From Flavobacteriales bacterium (GTDB taxonomy: Bacteria; Bacteroidota; Bacteroidia; Flavobacteriales_D; Sanyastnellaceae): DNA of 64,000 nt. Every line of letters begins with the position of its first letter. The stretch's first letter is position 1. The notes under the pieces were generated by a model. That model was not told where the DNA came from. It saw nothing but the letters and a program-made list of their open reading frames with translations, and searched no databases. The DNA lies in contig JBJXFP010000096.1 in assembly GCA_046155615.1 (NCBI GenBank), forward strand, positions 398-64,397. Reading direction: 5' to 3'. Shown in pieces: positions 30,694-40,068 of the stretch. The position numbers and the translations under genes were made by a program.

Positions 30694-30745
30694 GTTGCTG
30701 ATCTAAGATGAAAGAGACCACAGCAGTGAAAAACCGATAGAAAAC

Positions 30746-30777
30746 AAAAAGCCGCCTCGTAATTGAAGCGGCTTTTT
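30746..30777. terminator. Bidirectional terminator between proS and rpmE
   Basis: Stem aaaaagccgc / gcggcttttt with a 12-nt loop. Confidence 0.7.
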
Positions 30778-30797
30778 ACATTAGTAGAAAAAACTAA

Positions 30798-31058
30798 TTA
30801 TTTCTTCTTGTCGAATTTGGCGTAGCGGTTTTTGAATTTGTCGATACGGCCAGCTGTATCCACAAGCTGCATCTTACCAGTAAAGAATGGATGCGAGGTA
30901 TGAGATATCTCCAATTTTACCAATGGATACTCATTGCCATCTTCCCATTGAATGGTTTCTTTGGTTTGCACAGTGCTTTTGCCTAAGAAGGCATATTCAT
31001 TACTCATGTCTTTGAACACTACTGAACGGTAGCTATCGGGATGAATACCTTGTCTCAT
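30798..31058 (-). CDS. rpmE: 50S ribosomal protein L31, type B (no CxxC zinc motif)
   Basis: [10 protein letters not shown]...HPFFTGK. 86 aa with no Cys pairs. Confidence 0.9.
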   Translation of the reverse strand: MRQGIHPDSYRSVVFKDMSNEYAFLGKSTVQTKETIQWEDGNEYPLVKLEISHTSHPFFTGKMQLVDTAGRIDKFKNRYAKFDKKK

Positions 31059-31204
31059 AATCAGAATTTGATTTTTTTGTAAACGGGCGGCAAATATAGC
31101 CGCCCCTGTTGGTTTTCAAAACGGTTTTTTTTGGATGCTGCCGGGCTGGCTGGCCTTCGGTTTATTTCGCACTTTTCAAAATGCAGCCGGAAACAACCTA
31201 CAAT

Positions 31205-32392
31205 ATGGCCATTACAGATAATGCGGCACCACTGCGTGTGCTAAGGCTTGTGAACAGGTTCAATCTGGGTGGCCCTACTTACAACGCTGCTTATCTCACC
31301 AAAGGCCTTGCTCCGCAATATGAAACTACCCTTGCCGGTGGCCACCCGCTGCCGGATGAAGCACATAGCGGATTTATCATGCAGAAGTTAGATGTGCCAT
31401 ACATAGAAATAAATGAAATGAGGCGCAGCATCAATCCGGTAAATGACATGCGCGCTCTTATGCGCATCATACGCATGGTACGCAGCGTGAGGCCGCACAT
31501 TGTGCACACACATGCCGCCAAGGCAGGCGTGTTGGGCAGGCTGGCTGCATGGTATTGTAGAGTGCCCGTGGTGGTGCATACCTATCATGGGCATGTGTTC
31601 TCCGGCTATTTCAGCGAGTGGAAAACTGCATTGGTAAAAGCATTTGAACGCTGGCTGGCATCGAGAACCACGGCTGTAATAACCATCAGTGCATTGCAAC
31701 ACCACGAGATTGTGGATGTACACCGCATTTGCGCTCCGGGCAAGGCTCATATCATCCCTTTAGGTTTCGATCTGGAGCGATTTACTGTTGGTCAAAATGA
31801 AAAGAGAGCTCATTTCAGAAAACAGTATGAACTAAAAGAGTCTGAAATTGCTATTGGCATAGTTGGCCGATTTGCACCTGTTAAAAACCATGTTTTGTTT
31901 TTTGAAGCATTGAAATTATTAGACACACAACAGCCATGGAAAGCCTTCGTGATTGGTGATGGGGATTTGCGCAGCAGGTATGAAGATGATGCACGCACAC
32001 TCGGAGGTCGCGTCATCTTCACATCATGGATTGAGGATATGGACGTGGCCATGGCCGGGCTTGATGTGGTAGCACTCACCTCCATAAATGAAGGTACGCC
32101 CGTAAGCCTGATAGAGGCACAGGCAGCGGCAAAACCTGTTGTAACAACCAATGCCGGTGGTGTGCGTGATTGTGTCTTAGATGGTCATTCCGGAATTGTG
32201 GTTGATGATTTTGAAGCAAAAACTTTTGCAGCAGCTCTTACAAGTTTGATTGAAGATGAGCGTTTGCGGCAGCGCATGGGAATGGAAGGGAGGCAGCATG
32301 CACTGCATCATTTTGGCCAGCAGCAATTGGTGAATGACATGAAAAAACTCTACGAAGAACTGCTGTACAATAAACCATTGTCAAATCGTTAG
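31205..32392 (+). CDS. Glycosyltransferase family 4 (GT-B fold)
   Basis: Start at MAITDNAAPLRVLRLVNRFNLGGP. C-terminal EGTPVSLIEAQAAAKPVVTTNAGGVRD (E-x7-E region). Confidence 0.8.
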   Translation: MAITDNAAPLRVLRLVNRFNLGGPTYNAAYLTKGLAPQYETTLAGGHPLPDEAHSGFIMQKLDVPYIEINEMRRSINPVNDMRALMRIIRMVRSVRPHIVHTHAAKAGVLGRLAAWYCRVPVVVHTYHGHVFSGYFSEWKTALVKAFERWLASRTTAVITISALQHHEIVDVHRICAPGKAHIIPLGFDLERFTVGQNEKRAHFRKQYELKESEIAIGIVGRFAPVKNHVLFFEALKLLDTQQPWKAFVIGDGDLRSRYEDDARTLGGRVIFTSWIEDMDVAMAGLDVVALTSINEGTPVSLIEAQAAAKPVVTTNAGGVRDCVLDGHSGIVVDDFEAKTFAAALTSLIEDERLRQRMGMEGRQHALHHFGQQQLVNDMKKLYEELLYNKPLSNR

Positions 32393-32419
32393 AGGATTCA
32401 AATCCATACAGCCCATTCT

Positions 32420-33247
32420 ATGAAATTTCTATGCGTAGCTTTTTTGTTGTTCATCTTTTTGTGTTGTAGTCAGCCATACCACAATGGTGTAAACATGGGT
32501 CTGATTACCAAATCGGGCAACACCCTCATTCACAGAATCGGATTACCTACCGGCTACACACGCGTGGCCGGTGATTCTACATCGTTCACCTATTTTTTGC
32601 GTAGCCAAAAACTGAAACCAGACAGCGCACAAGTACACCTGTACAATGGCGAGGTAAAACGCAACGATGTGCATGCCGCAGTGCTCGATATAGACTGCGG
32701 GAAAAAGGACTTGCAACAATGTGCTGATGCGTGCATTCGACTGCGTGCCGAGTATTTGTGGCATACACGGCAGTTTGAAAAAATACATTTCAACCTGACC
32801 AATGGATTTAGAATGGGCTACACCAAATGGCGCGAGGGCAACAGGTTGATTGTAGATGGCAACAAAACATCATGGTCGAAAACTGCCGCGTACTCTGACA
32901 CCTATCAGACTTTTCGCAATTACCTAGACAAGGTATTTATGTACGCAGGTACACTCTCAGTAGCCAAGGAGTTGAAGCCGGTTTTACTCGCTGACTTGCA
33001 TCCCGGTGATGTGTTTGTGGTTGGCGGTTCGCCCGGCCATGCTGTAATGGTAGTTGATGTAGCTACACATGCCGATGGCAATAAAATTTTCTTGTTGGCT
33101 CAGGGCTATATGCCTGCACAGGACATTCACATCATCAAAAATCCGAATGACGAACTGTTGTCGCCATGGTACTCACTGAAGGATGGCGATGCATTAGAAA
33201 CAATGGAGTGGACATTTCAGAATTACACATTGGGGAGGTTTGAGTGA
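32420..33247 (+). CDS. Hypothetical secreted protein / lipoprotein (possibly DUF4846-like)
   Basis: Signal [17 protein letters not shown]. The family assignment is from weak recollection only. Confidence 0.45.
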   Translation: MKFLCVAFLLFIFLCCSQPYHNGVNMGLITKSGNTLIHRIGLPTGYTRVAGDSTSFTYFLRSQKLKPDSAQVHLYNGEVKRNDVHAAVLDIDCGKKDLQQCADACIRLRAEYLWHTRQFEKIHFNLTNGFRMGYTKWREGNRLIVDGNKTSWSKTAAYSDTYQTFRNYLDKVFMYAGTLSVAKELKPVLLADLHPGDVFVVGGSPGHAVMVVDVATHADGNKIFLLAQGYMPAQDIHIIKNPNDELLSPWYSLKDGDALETMEWTFQNYTLGRFE

Positions 33248-33302
33248 GAGTCTTAATGACGTGAATGTATGTTCGCCCTCATTTTTTTTCTCAATAGTTT
33301 TT

Positions 33303-34046
33303 ATGGCATTCGCAAGATTTATCGGAGGAGCATTGGGCTGGGCACTTGGCGGCCCCATAGGCGCATTGCTTGGCTTTGCTGTTGGTGCCATGGCCGATGG
33401 TGGTGCTCTTGGCAAACGCGCTGAAGGTGATCAGCAAAGACTTCAGGGCGGCAGACCGCAGACACGTCCCGGTGACTTCAGCGGTGCCCTGCTGGTGCTC
33501 AGTGCCGCAGTGATGAAAGCCGATAGCAAACTGCTGAAAAGTGAACTCGATTTTATCCGCGATTTTTACAAAAGGCAGTTTGGCGAAAACACTGCAGTGC
33601 AGCAAATGGGCGTGCTGAAAACTTTGCTGCAAAAAGAAATTCCTGTGCGGCAGGTGTGCGAACAAATACGCCACAACATGGAGCACGCCATGCGGCTGCA
33701 ACTGATGTATTATTTATTTGGCATTGCCAAGAGCGATGGCGATGTGGCAAAAAGCGAAGTGGACGAGATAACCCGAATAGCAGGATACCTAGGCATTTCG
33801 CAAGCCGACTATGAGAGCATCCGAGCCATGTTTTACAAAGACACTGTGAGCGCTTACAAAATTCTTGAAATAGAAAAAAGTGCAACTGATGAGGAAGTGA
33901 AAAAGGCTTACAGAAAAATGGCAGTGAAGTATCATCCTGACAAAGTGCGTGAACTTGGTGATGCACACCGCAAGGCAGCCGAAGAAAAATTTCTCAAAGT
34001 GAAGGATGCTTATGAAGGCATTAAAAAGGAGCGTGGTATGAAATAG
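33303..34046 (+). CDS. DjlA-like co-chaperone: N-terminal TM, TerB-like domain, C-terminal J-domain
   Basis: Gly-rich [23 protein letters not shown]-domain [31 protein letters not shown]. Confidence 0.75.
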   Translation: MAFARFIGGALGWALGGPIGALLGFAVGAMADGGALGKRAEGDQQRLQGGRPQTRPGDFSGALLVLSAAVMKADSKLLKSELDFIRDFYKRQFGENTAVQQMGVLKTLLQKEIPVRQVCEQIRHNMEHAMRLQLMYYLFGIAKSDGDVAKSEVDEITRIAGYLGISQADYESIRAMFYKDTVSAYKILEIEKSATDEEVKKAYRKMAVKYHPDKVRELGDAHRKAAEEKFLKVKDAYEGIKKERGMK

Positions 34047-34125
34047 GGATGCAGCCCTCGACATTTCTTTTTGCCATTAGTAGTGCTTCAGCAGGGCTGC
34101 TGCCTCATTTGTCTAAACTTTACTT

Positions 34126-34557
34126 TTGACCATCTTGAAAACAAGCACCCCATTTGAAATAGAACTGCGTAACCATGGCCTGAAAGCCACGCCCATGCGC
34201 ACTGCTGTGCTTGCAGAATTCAAGAAGAGCAACACAACATTGTCTCAAGCAGTGATAGAAAAAAAACTGGGTGCTGTAGATCGAGTGACACTCTACCGAA
34301 CGTTACGCGACATGGAAGCCAGTGGCATCATACACAAAGTGATAAGCGCTAAGGGCGAAACGAAGTTTGCACTATGCGCTGCGCAATGTTCCGATCATGC
34401 ACATGAGGACAATCACATACACTTTACCTGCACAGCATGTGAGGAGACTTATTGCCTTACGGAACACAAGCCGCGCAATGTCTCATTGCCAGCAGGCTTT
34501 GTGCTTAACGAAGTGCAGGTAATAGCCAGCGGGGTGTGTATGAGGTGTTCGCCTTAA
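34126..34557 (+). CDS. Fur-family transcriptional regulator (Fur/Zur/PerR type)
   Basis: Winged-helix N-terminus LKATPMRTAVLAEF and C-terminal Cys pairs (CAAQC, CTAC). An apparent TTG start leaves the start uncertain. Confidence 0.75.
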   Translation: MTILKTSTPFEIELRNHGLKATPMRTAVLAEFKKSNTTLSQAVIEKKLGAVDRVTLYRTLRDMEASGIIHKVISAKGETKFALCAAQCSDHAHEDNHIHFTCTACEETYCLTEHKPRNVSLPAGFVLNEVQVIASGVCMRCSP

Positions 34558-37500
34558 AGTTTCTTCACCTCCTTAAACAAACTGAACTGCATTTTCTCCA
34601 CCTGCGTACGCCATGGTGCGTAGTCTTTTTCAAAAAATAAATTGATTTTATCGGCTACATCTCTTGTCTGCTTTTCTGCTGCCTGCACTGCGTGTTCTGC
34701 ATTGGTGCCCGGCATGGCAGAGCCAGTGTTCACAAGGCCCGAGGCAAAGTAAAATTTGGAATTAAGCAGATGCGAATCATCGCGATAGCCCGCTGCATCT
34801 TCAGGCAGGAAGTATAGTTCTTGCAGCGTGGCGATGTTCTTCGTGAGCGAGTCGGCTTTGCTAATCAAATCTTTTTTCATGCTGTCAGGCACATTCACGA
34901 GAGCGTCTTTCACTAAGGTGATGGTCTTCTTAGCGGCTTTGAGTTGCTCCATGCCATCATCTGCGGTTTGCACCGCTTTGTTCAACCTCCTTACCAGATC
35001 ACGCTGTTTGTTATCTGCTACTTCATTGAATGTCACACGCGGATCTGCAAGCACTTTGAAAGTGGTTGAGTCTTTCCACTCGTTGTATTTAAAAACCACT
35101 TTGTATGTGCCCGGTGCTACTTGTGGCCCACCGCCACGCTCGTTTTCTGTATCCTCAGGTTTGCGCTCTCTGCGCTGTGGAAATCTTATTCCCTTTGTGT
35201 CGAAGTACCAGTTGATGTGGTTGATACCCGTGTCTTGCTCTGCCTTCAATGTGCGCAGTGTGTCACCATTCAGGGTCATTATCCAGGCCGTTACCTTTTT
35301 ATCAATTGTTGATTTAGTGTCAGTGTCAGATTTTGCTGTTGAATTGTCTTTCTTATTATTTCCTGTTTCGTTTTTATCACTTGCTTTCGCAAGTTCTTCT
35401 TTCTTCTTCTCTTCACCGTTTTTCTTTTTTCCACTTTCCTCCTTTTTCTTCTCATCAGCTTTCTTCTCTTCATCAGCCTTGTAGTAAAAACTAAGCACTG
35501 CTCCACCTTGCTTGTTTTCGCCTGCATACTTTCCATCTGCCGGAAAACGTTGGCCCACGGGCTGCAGGTAGTTGCTCATGTAGGCATCAGGTGTGTGCAG
35601 CGCTGTTAGTTTTTTATCCATCCATTGGCCACCCTCCTGCGCAAATTTTCTGAGTGGTGTGATGTTGTCAAGAACGTATGCTGCACGACCGAAGGTTCCT
35701 ATTATCAAGTCGTTCTCGCGCGGATGTATTTTCAAATCCTGAGTGGCCACACTTGGATAATCGTGCATCCATTTGTTCCAGGTATTTCCAAAATCGAACG
35801 AGATGTAAAGTCCATTTTCTGTACCGAGAAAAATCAACTTTGGCTCTACCTGATCCTGAACCACGCTGAGGCAATGTCCGCTCACGCGTTTTTCATCTAC
35901 CATATTTTTCCATGTCTTGCCATAGTCGTTGGTGTAAAACAGATATGGCTTCCAGTCGTTTTGTCTGTAGTTGTTTACTACTACGAATGCTTCGCCAGCT
36001 TTGTAAGTACTTGCTACAATTTGCGACACCCACGCTGCCTTGGGTATTTGCGCAATCAATGGCGAACAATTTATCCAACTTTTACCACCATCTGTTGTCA
36101 GCTGAATATTGCCGTCATCTGTTCCAACCCATATTACATTTTTGTCGAGCACACTTGGTGCTATACACAGAATGGTGCAATGAATTTCTGCAGAGGTATT
36201 GTCAATGGTGAGTCCCCCGGTGGTGGCTTGTTTTTGTTTGGTGGTATCGTTGGTGCTTAAGTCGGGCGACATGATTTGCCACGACATACCACAGTCAGTA
36301 GAGTGATGCAAATACTGAGAGCCGAAGTACAAACCACAATCGTTAAACGGATCGATGGCTAAGCCTGAATTCCAGTGAAAGCGCAACGGCTTGCCTTCCG
36401 GATGCGCAGGCTTTATGTATTGCGATTCGCCTGAGTGCGTATCTATGTGTGCCAGCTCTCCGCCTTGCGACATGGCATATACATAGCGCGAATTTTTAGG
36501 ATCGGCAGCCACATCAAATCCATCACCGAAGTAAAGCTCCTGCCAGTCTGCATCGCCAATGCCGCCACCATGCCACACATAGCCGGGGCCTTTCCAACTC
36601 CCGTTGTCCTGCATACCTCCATACACATGGTAAGGTGTATCCATGTCGTAGTTGATGTGGTAAAACTGACCGAGTGGCAGGTTGCCTGCAAATGTCCAGG
36701 TGGTGCCGCCATCGTGGGAAATGTTGAGGCCACCATCGTTGCCCTCGATCATGTATTTAGGATTTGTTTTGCTCCACCACATAGCATGGTGGTCAGGATG
36801 CACACCGTAGTAGGGCAGAAGGGTAGTCCATGTTTTTCCTCCATCAATGCTTTCTGTCACCGTGCTGTGCAGGTATATCAAGTGATTTTCATTTTGCGGA
36901 TCTACGTACAACTCGTGATAGTAAAAAGGCCTGTCACTCACTTGTTCTGTTGTTACCAATTTCCAATTGAATCCACCATCGGTTGATTTATACAAACCGG
37001 TTTTTTTCGATTCGATAAGTGCATACACTACCTTGGGATTGGAGTGCGAAATGGCCAGACCTATTCTTCCCAACTCTCCTTCTGGCAAACCGTTTTTGTC
37101 TGTGAGTTGCGTCCAGGTTTTGCCTCCATCCAATGTCATGTGCAGGCCACTGCCTTTACCACCTGATGTGAAATACCACGGCCTTCTCCAATACTGATAC
37201 ATGGCTGCAAATAGTTTGTTTGGATTTTGTGGATCCATTACCAGATCGGCACAGCCGGTGGTATCGTTGATGAACAGAATTTTATCCCAACTCTCGCCAC
37301 CATTGCTGGTGCGATAAACACCGCGCTCTTTGGTAGGGCCCCATGCGCTGCCGTGCACTCCTGCATACACTATGTTGCTGTTTTGTGGATTCACCATGAC
37401 GCGATGAATGGTGTGTGTGTTCTGCAGGCCACTCATTTTCCATGTGCGGCCACCATCAAGACTTTTGTACATACCGTTGCCACTGGTTTGTGAATTGCGC

Positions 37501-37835
37501 GGATTGCCCTCACCTGTGCCAGCCCAGATAACATCGGGATTGGAAGGGTCTATGCAGACAGAGCCAATGCCCAGTACATCTTGCTTGTCGAATATGGGTG
37601 TCCACTCTACGCCACCGTTCTCGCTCTTCCACAAGCCGCCACTGGCTGCACCTGCGTAGATTATGTTTTCGTTGCCTTCCTGCACATCAATGGCTGTGAC
37701 GCGGCCACTGGTAGTGGCAGGTCCAATGCTGCGCATGTTCATATTCTTGAAAGGCTCGAGTACATCCTTTTGTTGTGCATTGATGTAGCAGATTGATGCA
37801 GATGCACAGAGTGCGAGTAAAATTTTCTTCATCAT
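34554..37835 (-). CDS. VPS10/sortilin-like BNR (Asp-box) repeat beta-propeller protein with Lys/Glu-rich insertion
   Basis: Signal peptide MMKKILLALCASASICYINAQ. Repeated S.DGG.TW Asp-box motifs: SENGGVEW, SLDGGRTW, SNGGESW, TLDGGKTW, STDGGFNW, SIDGGKTW, SHDGGTTW, TTDGGKSW. Confidence 0.8.
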   Translation of the reverse strand: MMKKILLALCASASICYINAQQKDVLEPFKNMNMRSIGPATTSGRVTAIDVQEGNENIIYAGAASGGLWKSENGGVEWTPIFDKQDVLGIGSVCIDPSNPDVIWAGTGEGNPRNSQTSGNGMYKSLDGGRTWKMSGLQNTHTIHRVMVNPQNSNIVYAGVHGSAWGPTKERGVYRTSNGGESWDKILFINDTTGCADLVMDPQNPNKLFAAMYQYWRRPWYFTSGGKGSGLHMTLDGGKTWTQLTDKNGLPEGELGRIGLAISHSNPKVVYALIESKKTGLYKSTDGGFNWKLVTTEQVSDRPFYYHELYVDPQNENHLIYLHSTVTESIDGGKTWTTLLPYYGVHPDHHAMWWSKTNPKYMIEGNDGGLNISHDGGTTWTFAGNLPLGQFYHINYDMDTPYHVYGGMQDNGSWKGPGYVWHGGGIGDADWQELYFGDGFDVAADPKNSRYVYAMSQGGELAHIDTHSGESQYIKPAHPEGKPLRFHWNSGLAIDPFNDCGLYFGSQYLHHSTDCGMSWQIMSPDLSTNDTTKQKQATTGGLTIDNTSAEIHCTILCIAPSVLDKNVIWVGTDDGNIQLTTDGGKSWINCSPLIAQIPKAAWVSQIVASTYKAGEAFVVVNNYRQNDWKPYLFYTNDYGKTWKNMVDEKRVSGHCLSVVQDQVEPKLIFLGTENGLYISFDFGNTWNKWMHDYPSVATQDLKIHPRENDLIIGTFGRAAYVLDNITPLRKFAQEGGQWMDKKLTALHTPDAYMSNYLQPVGQRFPADGKYAGENKQGGAVLSFYYKADEEKKADEKKKEESGKKKNGEEKKKEELAKASDKNETGNNKKDNSTAKSDTDTKSTIDKKVTAWIMTLNGDTLRTLKAEQDTGINHINWYFDTKGIRFPQRRERKPEDTENERGGGPQVAPGTYKVVFKYNEWKDSTTFKVLADPRVTFNEVADNKQRDLVRRLNKAVQTADDGMEQLKAAKKTITLVKDALVNVPDSMKKDLISKADSLTKNIATLQELYFLPEDAAGYRDDSHLLNSKFYFASGLVNTGSAMPGTNAEHAVQAAEKQTRDVADKINLFFEKDYAPWRTQVEKMQFSLFKEVKKL

Positions 37836-37985
37836 TGATTTTGGTTGGTGGGCGAAAGTATCTGTGCGATTAAGGCATTGGCTTGCCGTCTATCAAAAAC
37901 GAACAAGAGCTGAATGAATAACAATGCTCTGACTGCAGTTCTGCTCAAACTTATGCTATTGGGGTAGCTGCAACACTCTAGCCGT

Positions 37986-38693
37986 TCAGTGCTTTTGCGG
38001 ATGAGGCTTCAATCTTTTGCGTTGTGCCAGCTCGGGCACCATTTCTTTCACTGCTTTGAAAAGTACCATGCAGCTAAGTGCCATCAATATGTGTGCGAGG
38101 TCGAAATAATTGAACCACTTGTGTATGCTGAACTTGCCGATGTGAGCTGAGGCTGCAAGGGCCGCGAGGAATACCGCCCAAAGAATTTTTTTGCTTCCCG
38201 GATCACGCCTGCGCAAAAATATGTAGCCTTCAAAGGAGAAGACAACGATGAGCAGCCCGTACATAGCATGTATTTCTACAAAGATGAAACGCAAGGTGTA
38301 GATAGAGATGAAGATGAAGGTGGCAAGCTCTACCACATTGAGGTAGGTAAAGAATGTGCCGAGGCGATTGTGCAACAGCGGGCGCGCGCGCATGATGGCG
38401 GCACGCTCGGCCAGAGCAATAGAAATCATGCTGACAATCCATGCAGGCACCTTCCATTCAAATGAAAACAAATAGAGGAAACCATGACCGATGATGCCGC
38501 CCAGCAAAGTCGCTATGCCCATGAACAGGAAGAAATACCTGTAATACTTTACATGCTTTAGCTCCTTGTGTTGGTGAGAGCGCAGATGGAAAAAAGCATA
38601 AGTACATACCACAGTGACAAGCAGATCGGTTAGTGTAGTAACCGGCTCAAGGATTTTGATTCCTGCTATATCTATGGAGGTAATTTCAATCAT
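37986..38693 (-). CDS. Hypothetical polytopic membrane protein (about 7 TM)
   Basis: Hydrophobic helix pattern throughout. No family recognised. Confidence 0.55.
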   Translation of the reverse strand: MIEITSIDIAGIKILEPVTTLTDLLVTVVCTYAFFHLRSHQHKELKHVKYYRYFFLFMGIATLLGGIIGHGFLYLFSFEWKVPAWIVSMISIALAERAAIMRARPLLHNRLGTFFTYLNVVELATFIFISIYTLRFIFVEIHAMYGLLIVVFSFEGYIFLRRRDPGSKKILWAVFLAALAASAHIGKFSIHKWFNYFDLAHILMALSCMVLFKAVKEMVPELAQRKRLKPHPQKH

Positions 38694-38896
38694 GCTTTAA
38701 GAAACTCCATGGGTGTTGTGTATAAGGCGATAATAAAAAGAAGGATAAAGAAACAGACTTTCAAATGGAAACAAAAAAAACGGGAACAGATTTCCTCAAT
38801 ACCGCTGCTGTCCGTGCGTGAAGTATGAGCACATCGGAGACACTTTGACAAGAGCAACCGAGAAACAATCGGATTAGAGAACTTAGTGAAAAAAAC

Positions 38897-39934
38897 CTAA
38901 GACACCACCCCGCACAAGTGCATCAGCAGGCGACTGCCCACATTGCCATTCCAGTCGTCAGAGCCGGGAGCCACTTCCACCAGGTCGAAGCCAATGATTT
39001 GTTTGCCCGAAAGTTTCAGGGCACTCAGCAGATAGGTAGCCTGATCAAAGCGTAGTCCGCCCGGCACGGGTGTACCAGTGTTGGGGCACAGTGTGGGATC
39101 CAGCCCGTCTATATCAAAGCTGATGTGTACTTTTTGCGGCAGCAGGGCTATGATGTCTGTACATTGTTGTTGCCAGGTCTTGCCTTCGAATTCGCTTTTA
39201 GTAAGCTGTGTGTTGGTGAAACAATGCACCCGCGAACCATACTCGGTGGCCACCTGCACCTCTTCCTCGCAGTAGTCGCGCACTGCTACCTGCACTAATT
39301 TTTTCAGCTCAGGCAGTTGCAAAGCATTGTACATGATGGAGGCATGTGAATATGTAAAACCCTCGTACGCTATACGCAGATCCATGTGCGCATCAATATG
39401 TAATATGCCGAATTCACCATGCTTTTTGGCTAGTGCCCTGAAGTAACCCAGCGGAGTGCTGTGGTCGCCACCTACAAGGCCAACACATTTGCCCAAGCCC
39501 AGCCAGTAGGTGGCTTGTTGTTCCACCCACAGATTCATGTCTTCGCAGGCTTTGTTTAAGGTGGCAATGACTTGCAGGCAGTCAGCATCGCTGTCCACAT
39601 CCACACCATCTTCCCATTTTTCTATGATGTGTTGTGCTTGTTGTTTCAGATCGGCACTGCGCAGCAGCATGTCTTCAGGTATGTCGGCCATGGCAATGCC
39701 GCGCTTCCACAGGTCTTTGAATTTTTCATGGTAAAGATCCACCTGCACACTGGTTTCCAAAATATGAGCCGGGCCATCGCTGGCACCACTGCCATAGCTC
39801 ACAGTCACCTCCCATGGTACGGGTATCAGCACCACATCCGCCTCATCGCAGGTAAAAGGTAGCCCGAATATGTTGCTGTCTTTAAGCCCCGCATTGTTCG
39901 GATTGAAGTTCAGAATTTTTTCTTCTTTCGTCAT
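38897..39934 (-). CDS. Arginase-family hydrolase (agmatinase / formimidoylglutamase-like)
   Basis: Start at MTKEEKILNF. Mn-binding motifs GGDHS, DAHMDLR and SFDIDGLDP. Confidence 0.8.
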   Translation of the reverse strand: MTKEEKILNFNPNNAGLKDSNIFGLPFTCDEADVVLIPVPWEVTVSYGSGASDGPAHILETSVQVDLYHEKFKDLWKRGIAMADIPEDMLLRSADLKQQAQHIIEKWEDGVDVDSDADCLQVIATLNKACEDMNLWVEQQATYWLGLGKCVGLVGGDHSTPLGYFRALAKKHGEFGILHIDAHMDLRIAYEGFTYSHASIMYNALQLPELKKLVQVAVRDYCEEEVQVATEYGSRVHCFTNTQLTKSEFEGKTWQQQCTDIIALLPQKVHISFDIDGLDPTLCPNTGTPVPGGLRFDQATYLLSALKLSGKQIIGFDLVEVAPGSDDWNGNVGSRLLMHLCGVVS

Positions 39935-40068
39935 TGGGCAAATATGAGATCGGCAATCTGTAGTCAACAATCAACTATCAAAACACTCCCTTTCGCGAAG
40001 CAACCACACAGGTATATTCGCTGTCTGCAAACGCGGTCGCAGCGACACAAGTCACAACCAAGCTAACG

